Source: Leucoraja erinacea | Taxonomy: Eukaryota | NCBI RefSeq assembly: GCF_028641065.1 | Contig: NC_073381.1 | Span: 84,134,001-84,198,000, forward strand | Length of the DNA: 64,000 bases | Reading direction: 5' to 3' | Part shown: positions 1 through 11,000 of the stretch, piece by piece | How the letters are laid out: each line of letters begins with the position of its first letter | How positions within the stretch are numbered: position 1 is the stretch's first letter | The notes under the pieces: model-generated | Database searches by the model: none | The model's input: only the letters and a program-made list of their open reading frames with translations | What the model was told of the DNA's origin: nothing | Position numbers and translations under genes: made by a program

Positions 1-840
1 ACAGTGAGGAAGGTTGTCAATGTATACAGTCGGGGAACAGACCAGCTACAGAAATGGCAGATAGAGTTTAATCTGAGCAGGAGTGAGGTGTTGCACTTTA
101 TGTCAAATATAAGGAGAACATATACAATGAAGGGCATGACCTTTAATAGTACTGATGTAGAGTGGGATCTTGACATCCAAGTCCATAACTCCCTGAAAGT
201 GGCAACACAAGTAGATAGAGTGGCAAACAAGGCATATGGTAATGCTTGTTTTCATAGGTTGGGTATTAAGTATAAGAGTCAGGAAGACATGATGCAGCTT
301 TATAAGACTTTGGTTCTGCCGCATTTGGAGTATGGTGTGCAGTTCTAGTCGCCCCATTGCAGGAAGGATGTGGATGTTTCGGAAAGGGTGCAAAGGAGGT
401 TTACCAAAATTAAGCCTGGATTGGTTGCAGGGAGTGGTTGGACAGACTTATATTAATTTCTCTGGAATGCCGGAGGTTGCTAGGAGACCTGATAGAATGA
501 GAGACAGAGACAGGGTAGACAGTCAGAACCTTGTACCCAGGGTGAAAAAAAAATAAAATACTAGAGGGCATCGCTTTAAGGTGCGTGAGGCAAAGTTTAA
601 AGAGGATGTGTGGGGGGCAAACATTTTACACAGAGGATAGAAAGTCCAAAGAATGCACTGCCTGGGTTGGTGGTTGAGCAGATATAATAGTAGCATTTAA
701 GAAACTTTTGGATAGGCATGTGATTATGCAGGGAGTGGATGCAAATAGATTATATGGAGGCAGATAAAAGATGGTCTTATCATTATGTTCGGCACAGACA
801 TTGTGGGCAGAAGGGCCTGTCCTTGTGCTGTTCTATGTTC
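1..840 (+). mobile_element. CR1-type LINE 3' fragment (degenerate RT C-terminus and tail)
   Basis: Translated remnants 'WQIEFNLSRSEVLHF' and 'QLYKTLVLPHLEYGVQF' match the CR1 ORF2 C-terminus; followed by a 'gggcagaagggcctgt' tail. Stops and frameshifts present. Confidence 0.8.
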
Positions 841-1539
841 ATCCATGCTGACCAAGATGCCTATTTACGGTAAACCCATTGGCCTGCATTTGGCCCATAT
901 CCCTCTAAACCTTTCCTAACTATGTACCTGTCCAAATGTTGTTATATTACCTGCCTCAACTACCTATTCTGGCGGCTCTTTCCATACACCCTCCACCCTC
1001 TGTGTGAAAAACCTGCTCCTCAGGTTCCCTTTAAATCTCTCCCTGCTTGCCTTAAACCTACGCCATCTGGCTTTAGACTCCCCTACACTGGGGAAGAGTC
1101 TGGTCTTGGGGCCATATCCACCCCCAAACCTCTAAGCCCTTCCTTCCATACCCCCTCTGTCCCTCTGGCAGGTCTCAGAACAACAGTGCATCCATTCATG
1201 ACGGCGACAAGGAAGAACGTCCTGTGGGTTTTTGGAACTCTTTACCCCGGCAAGCTGAGGCAGGGGCATTTGCAATCAGCGAGGAGGTCAGGAGGAAATT
1301 GATGGGAGACTGTCGGAATGCCGGATCAGCCAGGATCTCACTGAATGCTGGAGCAAGGCTCAATGGACAGAATGGCCCACTCCTGGTCCCATTTATGTCA
1401 TGCCCTGCATGAATGACCACGTCAAGAGTCATTTATTTTCATATATCCCAGATAGAACAATGAAATTCTTACTTGCAACAGCACAACAGGATATGTAAAC
1501 ATAGTACACTGTACATAGTACACATGAAGACCAGGGATC

Positions 1540-2010
1540 CACAATTAATGCACTGAATGAGCATGTAAAAATTACTAATGGATTACTAATGAGTGAGCAA
1601 ACTCTAGGAGTTAATGACAAAGTGAAAATCTCATTAATGAATAAAAGTGCATGCAATTCATCAAGTGCACCCACTGAGTGTGTAAGCACCAATAATGCAC
1701 CAACAGTGCACCAATGAGTGTGCAGGCACCGTAATGCATCAAGAGTGCACCAAGTAAGCATGTAAGCATGAATAACGTCACAATAGAGAATATGCATCAT
1801 CAGTCACACATCAGTGGTACACTGAGAATCAGTAGCTCACCAAGGGAGTGTGTGTGTATCAGTAACATAACAGTAGTGCACTGAGAGTGTGAGAACCAGT
1901 AGTGCACCACAAGTGTGTGCATCAGCAGTGCACCGTGAGTGTGAGCCTCAGTAACACACCAGTAGTGCACCGTGAATGTGAGCATCAGTAACACAACGGT
2001 GGTGCAACAT
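1540..2010. repeat. Degenerate ~30-bp minisatellite (agtgcaccactgagtgtgtaagcaccagta-like)
   Basis: Recurrent 'agtgcacc/agtgcact ... gtgtg ... catcagta' units visible by eye. Confidence 0.6.
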
Positions 2011-3279
2011 TCCCCTTGTGGAGTGTGGAAATTGCATTTCTCTTGGAAATAGAACTCTCCAATCTCTCAGGCGACAGATGTGGAAGCATGAGAGTATTGA
2101 TCCACATCCTGACCAAAACAAGAAGGGAAACACGGCGTGCAAGGTGAAAGCAACACCTGAGTCCACAGGAGCCCGGATGGAGTGGTGCAAGGATGGTGTC
2201 GCAGGGATGGTGGACAGGAGATAAACTACGATCAAGATTGATAAAGCAGAAAGCTGCAGATGCTCAAAACAGCTGGAGAGAGGAACAGTTTACACTTCCG
2301 ATGAAGGCACTTCAACCGGAAATGTTTTTCCTTTCCTCTCCTCTGCCTATCCTGCTGATTATCTCCAGCATTTTCTACACTGTCTTCAGATTTACAACAC
2401 CTACACTTGGTGCTTTTCCAATCTCTGGCGTGAAACGCTGACGTTCTCTTCCCATAGATGTGGCCTAACCTCACAGAGTTACAGACATGTACCGCCTTTC
2501 AGCCCACTGTGTCTATGTTGACCATCATGCCATTCTATACTAGTCCCACTTGCCTGCAGTTATTTAATATTTTTCTATGCCTTGCTCATTCAACTGCCTG
2601 TACAGATGCCTCTGAAATGTTGTTGCTGTTCCTCGCTCTGCCACTTCCTCTGGTTGCTCATAGCAGATACCACCTGGATGTTGTGTGCAAATGTACTTCT
2701 TATATTGCCTTTAAACCTCCTCCTTGTCATCCTTAAACCTATGCCATCTGGTTGTAAACACCCACACCACAGGAAACAGACTCTGACTACCTTCCCTATA
2801 GCTGCCTCCTTTATTATATACACTTCCATTATGTCTCATCTTAACTTTCTTCACTCCAGGGAAAACAGTCCCAGCTTATTCTATCATTCCTTATAACTCA
2901 AGCGAGGCTTTACAATATCATTTCTGCGCCTTCTCTAGCTTACCTCATATCTTTCCATAGTGAAGCGACCTGACTGCACACAGTGTTCCAAGTGCAACAA
3001 ACACCCTGTGCTCCCGACTCTACTAGTATTCACTACCCCAACTGATGATGGCAAGCGTGCCAAACACCTTCCTTCTTCATCACCTTAGAGTCATAGTTGG
3101 TCACCTGTAAACAGGCCATTTGGCACAACTTATCCATGCTTTACACGTGTCCCATTTACAAGTGTTTGGTCCACCTTATCAATGTTAAAAGTAAAAATAA
3201 ACTACTTTCTCTGGCAGTTCCATCTATATACCCACCATCCTCTGTATCAGAGAGGTCTGCGTCATCCTCGATCTTCATA

Positions 3280-3865
3280 ATGAGAAGAGTTGAGTATAGG
3301 AGCAAATAGGTCCTTCTGCAGTTGTACAGGACCCTGGTAAGACCACACCTGGAGTATTGTGTGCAGCTTTGGTCTCCTAATTTGAGGAAGGGGGTGCAGT
3401 GTAGGTTCACGAGGTTAATTCCTGGGATGGCGAGCCTGTCATGTGATAAAAGACTGGGCTTGTATTCACTGGAATTGGAAGGGTGGGTTATAGAAACATC
3501 TAAATTTATTAAGGGTTTGGGCACGCTAGATGCAGGAAATATGTTCCCGGTGTTGAGGGAGTCCAGAACCAGGGGCCACAGTTTAAGAATAAGGGGTAGG
3601 CCATTTAGAACTGAGATGAGGGGAAAACTTTCATCCAGAGAGTTGTGAATCTGTGGAATTCTCTGCCTCAGAAGGCAGTGGAGGCCGATTTACTGAATGC
3701 ATTCAAAGAGAGAGTTAGATAGAGCTCTTAGGGGTAGCAGAATCAAGGGATATGGGGAGAATGCAGGAACGGGTACTGATTGTGGATGATCAGCCATGAT
3801 CACATTGAATGGTGGTACTGGCTGGAAGGGCCGAATGGCCTACACCTGCACCTATTGTCTATGTA
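3280..3865 (+). mobile_element. CR1 LINE 3' fragment
   Basis: ORF 3322-3648 '[18 protein letters not shown]...[18 protein letters not shown]', then the tail 'gatcagccatgatcac...gaagggccgaatggcc'. Confidence 0.85.
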
Positions 3866-4196
3866 TATGTAAATGTTGTCCCCTAGGTCCACTTTAACTC
3901 TTTCCCCTGTTACCGATGTCCTTTAGTTTTAAACTTCCCAACTCTGGGTAATAAAGACTGTAACAATTCGCCTTATTATTTTATAACCCACTAAATGGTC
4001 ATCCATCACCTTTCTAAGCACCAGGGGGAAAAGCTCCAGCCTATTCCTTTTAACTCACACTCCTGCCCTGGTGAATCTTTTCTACACCCCTTTCACTTAA
4101 ACACATTCTTGATGCAACAGAGTGATCAGAACTGCACAAAACACTCCAGATGTGGACTCGCAACGTCGTGTAAAGTCCATAACATGATATTCCAAG

Positions 4197-4430
4197 ATAG
4201 ACACAAAATGCTGGAGTAACTCAGCGGGACCGGCGGCATCTCTGGAGAGAAGGAATGGGTGACGTTTCAGTCGAGACCCTTTTTCAGACTGGTATAGACA
4301 GGTATAGAAAGAAGGGTCTCGACCCGAAACGTCGCCCATTCCTTCTCTCCAGAGATGCCGCCTGTCCCGCTGAATTACTCCAGCATTTTGTGTCTCTCTT
4401 CGATTGAAACCAGCATCTGCAGTTATTTCC
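4197..4430. mobile_element. Fold-back (inverted pair) element made of Penelope terminal sequence
   Basis: 4197-4291 is the reverse complement of about 4305-4395; the same sequence forms the 3' end of the Penelope fragment at 31430-31530. Confidence 0.75.
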
Positions 4431-4869
4431 GACACATATTCCAGCTGTTGCACTCAATACCCTGACCTTTTCACCCTACACTTTCTACCTGAGATGGCAC
4501 TTTCAAAGAACTACGTACCTGCACCCCGAGTTCCCTATTCCACAACACACCCCGAGGCTTTGCCATGTACCGTGCAAGGCCTATCCTGGTTTAACTTACC
4601 AGAAAGCGACACGTTTCACTTTTTCCGCTGATCCTTTGCCCATTTTCCAGTCTATCTCGTCCTTAGACAATCTTCTTCACTGACCACTTTAATCTGCAAA
4701 TGTTGGTGTCACCTGTTGAGTATATAAGGTGTTTTCTATTTTTGTTTGATATTTCTGGCACTTGCAGATTTTGTATGACAATAAACTCGACTTGGGTTTG
4801 AAAATTAGAGCTTGAATTATGCGCAAAGCCATCGCTGACCCGGGAGTTGAGGCAAAGGGAGGTCCCGCC

Positions 4870-5285
4870 GCCGCTGCTCCACCTCCTCCTCCTCCTCCCC
4901 ATCCCCGCCACACGGGGCCGCTGCTCCTCCCCATCCCCGCCACACGGGGCCGCTACTGCTCCTCCCCATCCCCACCACACGGGGCCGCTACTGCTCTTGC
5001 TTCCCCTCCCCGCCACACGGGGCCGCTACTGCTCCACCCCATCCCCGCCACACGGGGCCGCTACTGCTGCTCCTCCCCCTCCCCGCCACACGGGGCCGCT
5101 GCTCCTCCTCCTCCTCCCCATCCCCGCCACACGGGGCCGCTACTGCTCTTGCTCTACCCCATCCCCGCCACACGGGGCCGCTACTGCTCCACCCCATCCC
5201 CGCCACACGGGGCCGCTACTGCTACTCCCCATCCCCGCCACACGGGGCCGCTGCTCCTCCCCATCCCCGCCACACGGGGCCGCTG
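4870..5285. repeat. GC-rich minisatellite, ~11 copies of a 32-43 bp unit (ccccatccccgccacacggggccgctactgct)
   Basis: Core 'cacacggggccgc' recurs 11 times. Confidence 0.9.
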
Positions 5286-5289
5286 CCCA

Positions 5290-5425
5290 AAGATACCGTT
5301 GCCTGCGTCCCCGACTCCAGCGACGTCAGTACGTCCGCCCACTGGCCGCGGTGACGTACTTGCATTTGTCGACTTGGCGGGACCGAGTGGGTGCAGCGGC
5401 CGCGGGAAGAGGTTGTGGGGTCCGG
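5290..5425 (+). promoter_or_regulatory. Putative POLH CpG-island promoter and non-coding first exon
   Basis: CpG-rich, with CRE-like gacgtca and tgacgt and a GC box ccgccc; ends at donor-like ccgg|gtgagg (5425/5426). The ATG exon has its own acceptor at 6261-6262, so an upstream non-coding exon is needed. Confidence 0.45.
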
Positions 5426-5519
5426 GTGAGGGGTGGATGGTGCTGGGTGGGCTCGGTGGGGTAGAATGTCTGCAATGATGTCTGGATGAGGGGTGAAAAT
5501 TAGAGCTTGAATTATGCGC

Positions 5520-6225
5520 AATGTGGGTGAGAGGGTGGGGGGTTGAGGGGTGAGGGGTGAGGTGGGGTGTCGGGATGAGGGGTGTCTGGGTGAGGGGTGA
5601 GGGGGATGTCAGCGTGAGGTGTGTCTGGGTGGGGGTGTCTGGGTGAGGGGTGTCTGGGGGGGGGGGTGTGGGGTGGGGGTCTGTCTGGGTGTGGGGTGTG
5701 GGGGGGAGGGGGTGGGGGTGGGGGGTCTGGGTGGGGTGGGGTGAGGGGTGTCTGGGTGAGGGGTGTCGGGGTGAGGGGTGTCGGGGTGAGGGGTGGGGGG
5801 TGAGGGGTGTCGGGGGTGAGGGGTGTGGGGGGGGGGTTGTGAGGGGTGGGGTGAGGGGTGTCTCGGGGTGAGGGGGTGTGAGGGGTGAGGGGTGAGGGGG
5901 GGTGAGGGGTGTCGGGGTGAGGGGTGAGGGGTGTCTGGGTGAGGGGTGTGGGGTGGGGTGTCAGGGTGAGGGGTGTGAGGGGGGGGGTGAGGGGTGTCGG
6001 GGTGAGGGGTGTCTGGGGTGAGGGGTGTCTGGGGTGAGGGGGAGGGGTGTCGGGGGTGAGGGGTGTCTGGGGAGGGGGGTGGGGGTGGTGAGGGGTGAGG
6101 GGGGGTGAGGGTGTCGGGGGGGGTGTCTGGGGTGAGGGGTGTCTGAGGGGTGGGGGGTGTGAGAGGGTGTCTGGGGTGAGGGGGGTCTGAGGGGGTCTGG
6201 GGTGAGGGGTGGGGTGTGGGGGTGA
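5520..6225. repeat. G-rich low-complexity repeat (ggggtgaggggtgtct)n with G-quadruplex potential
   Basis: Dozens of G4-G8 runs separated by short linkers. Confidence 0.85.
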
Positions 6226-6269
6226 GAACTAACCGCTGCTGTTCTCACTGCCCTCGTGCCAGGCTGCTG

Positions 6270-8031
6270 ATGCCCTTGGACAAGGGGAAAGAGCGGGTGG
6301 TGGTGCTGGTGGACATGGACTGCTTCTACGTACAGGTGGAACAGAAGGCCAACCCGGAGCTGAAGGGCAAGCCCTGCGCCGTGGTTCAGTACAAGACCTG
6401 GCAGGGGGGTGGGTAAGTCTACACACCCATACCCCTGGACCTTGGGTGTCCCTCACCCAGCCTGTAGTGTGGGTGCCCTGCTCACATCATTGTTTGGAGA
6501 TCACAGAGTCAACGAGTTCTACCCCACTGAAACGGACCCTTCAGACCCAATATGCCCAAACCGACTAAGTTCTTTAGCTGAGGTTTTGCCCGTATTTGGC
6601 CCGCCTCTCTATAACAGGATCAGAGGCAATTTCTTCATTCAGTTTAATAAAATCCCGGGTTTGTAAAAATGATCCTGATTCTGTAGTATATAATAGTGGC
6701 GAAACAGATATAATACAGCAGTTTGGCCCATCATGTCCATGCTGACCATTGAGTGCCCATCCAGTCTAATCCCATTGACCCGCATTGGACTAGTGGAATC
6801 AAGGGATTATAGGGAGAAGGCAGGCATCGGTTACTGCTTGTGGATGATCAGTCATGATCACAATGAATGGCAGTATTGGCTTGTAGGGCCAAATGGCCTC
6901 CTCCTGCACTTATTTTTCTATGTTTCTCTGATACCAGACACTTATTGCCTTGATCACCCCTCTTGCAGTGCGATAACGATTCCAGCCATCCTCTGGAGGA
7001 AAACATTCTACCTCAGATCCCCTCAACCCTCCTTCTTACTGCAAACATAGTTTTAGACCCCTTGATCAGTTTTAGACCCCTTGTTCGGAAAAAAAGTCAC
7101 ATACATTTCGCTATCTGCCCCTCGTAAATTCAGTACTCCAGTGCACCTTCTCTCCTTGGCCTTCTCTGCCCCAGGGAATATCAACCCAACCTCTACTCTA
7201 AATGGATACTCTTCCCCCCAGTCAGCATCCTGGTGAACTTCATGTTCCACTGGGGTAGTATACAATCCAATTGCACAAACATGGAGCAGCAGAATCCACG
7301 ATGTGTGTGCCGATTCAAACTAATCTTCCCTGCCTACACATGATCTATATCCCTCCATGTCCTGCATATACACGTCCCTGCCCCATAACCTCCAGTATGA
7401 GGTCTGGGGTGGGCCTCAGCCACCATTCTATCTACTTCAGGAAGAAATGCTTTATGGACTGAGACCCCGAGATCCTTCTGTACATCAATGCTGTTAAGGG
7501 TCTTGACGTTAACTGTATACCTTCCCCTTACATTTGACCTCCCAAGGCGCAACACCTCATTTCGGCTATTATCTGTAACTGATCTGTACCCAGCCATTTC
7601 ATTTCACTGTTCATTGTTTGCAACTCCACCAATTTTGGTGTAATCTGCAAACTTACTGACCAATCCATCTGCATTTATACATTACCAATAACAGAGGTCC
7701 CAGCAGGAATCCCCGTGGAACTCCACTGGTCATAGATCGGTGGCCAGAATATCGCACTTCCACCACAGCCCTCAGTCAGTAAGCCAGTAATAAATCCCTA
7801 TGATCAGGTCACTGTGAATCCCGTGCCTCTTAATCTTCTGGATCAGCCCACCACGGGGAACTGCGTCCACATTTATCCACCTTTAGATAACCTCTACTGC
7901 CCACCTCTTTTTACCAGCTGGATCTCCTCCGCTCCAATCATGAAGGGTCCATTCCCTTCACAGATGCTGCCTGACCCGCTGGGTTCCTCCAGCCATTTGT
8001 TTTTTTACTCAAGCTTCCACCCCCCCCCCCC

Positions 8032-8064
<33 letters not shown>

Positions 8065-11000
8065 CTTCACCCACCACCCGCATCACCGCAGCTCACGACC
8101 CCGCTCCCTCTCTGCAGGATTGTGGCCGTCAGCTACGAGGCTCGTGCCCAGGGGGTGAAGAGGGGCATGAGGGGGGTAGAGGCCATGAAGAGGTGCCCAG
8201 GCCTGCAATTGGCCCGGATCCCCGAGGCGCACGGCAAGGCCAACCTCAGCAGGTAAGGGGGCGATTGCCCCTCATTCCCCCCCGACCCCTCATCTTCGAC
8301 CCATCGCCCTCCATCCCCTCATCCTGGCCCCCTAAAACCTCGCCCACCCAAACCTCCCTCATGCCCTCCCCTGACCCCTGGACCTCCATGCCCTCCTTCA
8401 CCCACCCTCCCTGACCCTCCACTCCATGCCTCCTCATTCTCTTCCCCACCTTGCTCTCCCTGGACCCCTCACCTCCACCCCTGCCCCCTCGCCCGCCGCT
8501 GCTCTCCGGGGGGTGGGCGAGGCTGATCCGGCAACCCTCCCCCGGCAGGTATCGGCAGGCGAGCGGGCAAGTGCTGGCGGTGCTGTCTCGCTTCGCGGTG
8601 ATCGAGAGGGCCAGCATCGACGAGGTTTACGCCGACCTGACGGCAGAGGCCGGCCGGCGCCTGAAGCAGCCGGGACTCCTGCAGCAAGCGGCGACCCTGC
8701 TCGGGAGCACCTGCGTGGAGGGATTTCCCCGGGACAGGGACAGTCGGGCCCCACCACTCTCGGCCCTGCACAGAGGTGACGAGGGTGCGGCCGTGGGAGG
8801 GGTGATGGAGGGGGCTGGGGAGGGAGGGAGGGTTGGTTAGAAGAGCAGACGAGGAAGGGAGAGGCCAGTGTGGGAAGCGGCAGTAAGGGAGGGACTGGTG
8901 AGGGAGGGGCTGGTAAGGATGGTTTGGAGAGGGAGGGGGTGAGGTGCTGGGACAGTGGGTCCAAGGCGGATGGCACGGTCAGCCTCCTGTATCCTGATGG
9001 AGCTGCAGTGAGAGGAGGGCTTGAGCGAGGGTGGAGGGGTACCGGCATTGTCAGTGACCCCTGCCCCTATATCCCCCCCCAGAGGAGGTGCGGCAGGGAG
9101 AGAGGTGGAGGGGGTATTGGCCAGGGTGGAGAGGTACAGGTCGGGTTGGGTGGGCATTGTTGGTGAGCCATGATCCCTTTTACACCCCCACCCCCCAGAG
9201 GAGGCGCGGCGGGAGGGGCTACAGGCTTGGCTGGACTCATTGCCCGCGGACAGGGACCATGGCAGCCCCGAGCTGCTGCTCACAGCAGGGGCACTGATCG
9301 TGGAGGAGATGCGGGCAGCCGTGGAAGCAGAAACCGGCTACAGGTGTTCAGCTGGAATCTCCCACAACAAGGTAAACCCAAACTGTGAGAGACGCGCGTC
9401 TGTGGGGAGGGGAGCCGAGGGGTGGGCCTGGAGACAACAGAGACAGGCCCACTGCATCCATGCCAACCCTTCAGCCAAGATGCACTGGTCCCATTTGCCC
9501 ACAATTGGTCCACAACCTTCCAGGCTTTGCCCATTTAAGGGAAGACTGACAGGCGGGGAGGAGGGGTGACCCTGAGCCTGACCCCACTCTGCCGTGTCCA
9601 TAGGTGCTGGCGAAGCTGAGCTGTGGTCTGAACAAGCCGAACCGCCAGACTCTGTTGCCCATGGAGTCTGTGGACCGCCTCTTCGATACTCTGCCCATCA
9701 GCACCATGTGAGTCTCTGTCCGGGTCTCCTACTTCAACGTCTCTCCTTCCCCCTCCCCCACCCTCCACCATCGCCCGTCCCTCCTCCTCCCCTGAAGCCT
9801 GTCCCCACCCGTGGCACCCTCCTCCTCCCCCAGGGCCCGCCGTCCCCTCGCCAGCGCCCGCTCCGGGTTCCTACCCCTCCTCCAGGACTGGTGGTGAGGA
9901 GTAAAAGCCGGGAGGGGGTGACTTGTGTAAATCTCCCTGATGCTCGCGTGCGGGGGTGAGTGGAGCTCCCTCTCCTGTGACCCGTCAATGGGAACACACT
10001 CCCACCCGGCCCCCGTGTGGCGGGGAACAGTTGCGGTGGGCAGCGTGCGTGACGGGGAGTGTGGGTGATGCAGGCTGCGTGTGTTGGGCAGCGTTTGGCG
10101 AGGGACAGTGGGGTGTGGGGCTCATGGGGGTGGCATGTAGAGGGCAGAGTGTGGGGGGTGGTGGGTGGGTGGGGGGGGGGGTAGAGGTGGGGGTGGTGGG
10201 TGGGTGGAAGGCAGAGTGTGGGGGTGGGGACGGGGTTTGGGTGTAGGTGTGGGTGTAGGAGCGGGGGTGGGTGGGGGCAGAGTGTGGGGCAGAGTGTGGG
10301 GGTGGGGACGGGGGGTTGGGTGTGGGTGTGGGTGTAGGAGCGGGGGTGGGTGGGGGGCAGAGTGTGGTGGTGGTGGGAGAGGGGAAACGTGCCGTTGGTG
10401 TCTGGCCTGGGGCAGCGGGTGGTTCGGCACTGTTGATCTGTCTTCCTGTTCCCCACCAGCCGTAACCTGGGCGGGAAGCTGGGGGAGTCCGTCTCACAGC
10501 TCCTCCAGGTGCACAACATGGGCGAGCTCCGAGCCTTCTCCCAGGCACAGCTGCACACCAGCTTCGGGGTCAAAACCGGGTAAGAGCGGGCACAGCGAGC
10601 GGTGATCGCAGGGTACGGGGTATCAAGGGGTCCCTGGGTAGAGGGCATCAAGGGGTCCCAGGGCATGGTGGACATTGAGACAGTCCCATGATGGGGGGTC
10701 ACCCCAGAGTACGACCTATGTCCTGTTGCGCACCCCTTCCCCCCCCCCCCCACGCCAATCCCCCTCCTCCTCGTCTCCCCATTCCCACCCCCACCGCATC
10801 CTGCCCCTCCCCTCCTGTCTCCGTCCCTACCCAGCCTCCACCCTGATACTTGCCACACCTCGTCCCCACCCCTTCTGCAGCTGACCACACCCAGCCTTCC
10901 CACCCCCTTCCTGCCTCTGCCCCGACTAAGTTCCCACCCTCCCTGCACCCCCCCATGCCGTCCACCCCCAATAGCTTTTAAAAGAGCAGCCAACGAGACT

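Noticed and set aside
4710-4835. Minus-strand ATG exon-like ORF MALRIIQALIFKPKSS...TQQ|gt resembling a mitochondrial presequence, divergent from POLH
   Set aside because: It overlaps a LINE-like 3' tail (tgacaataaactcgacttg), and no downstream exons or homology were recognised.
4819-5478. Long Pro/His-rich ORFs, and a CRISPR-like look of the repeat
   Set aside because: These are translations of a minisatellite; there are no unique spacers or cas genes, and the context is eukaryotic.
8018-8063. Long poly-C/poly-G runs (also ~44393, 53820, 55575, 59570, 60484)
   Set aside because: Homopolymer lengths are unreliable in long-read assemblies and no function is supportable.
9734-10993. 419-aa minus-strand ORF
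   Set aside because: Antisense to POLH across a G-rich low-complexity intron; stop depletion explains its length.
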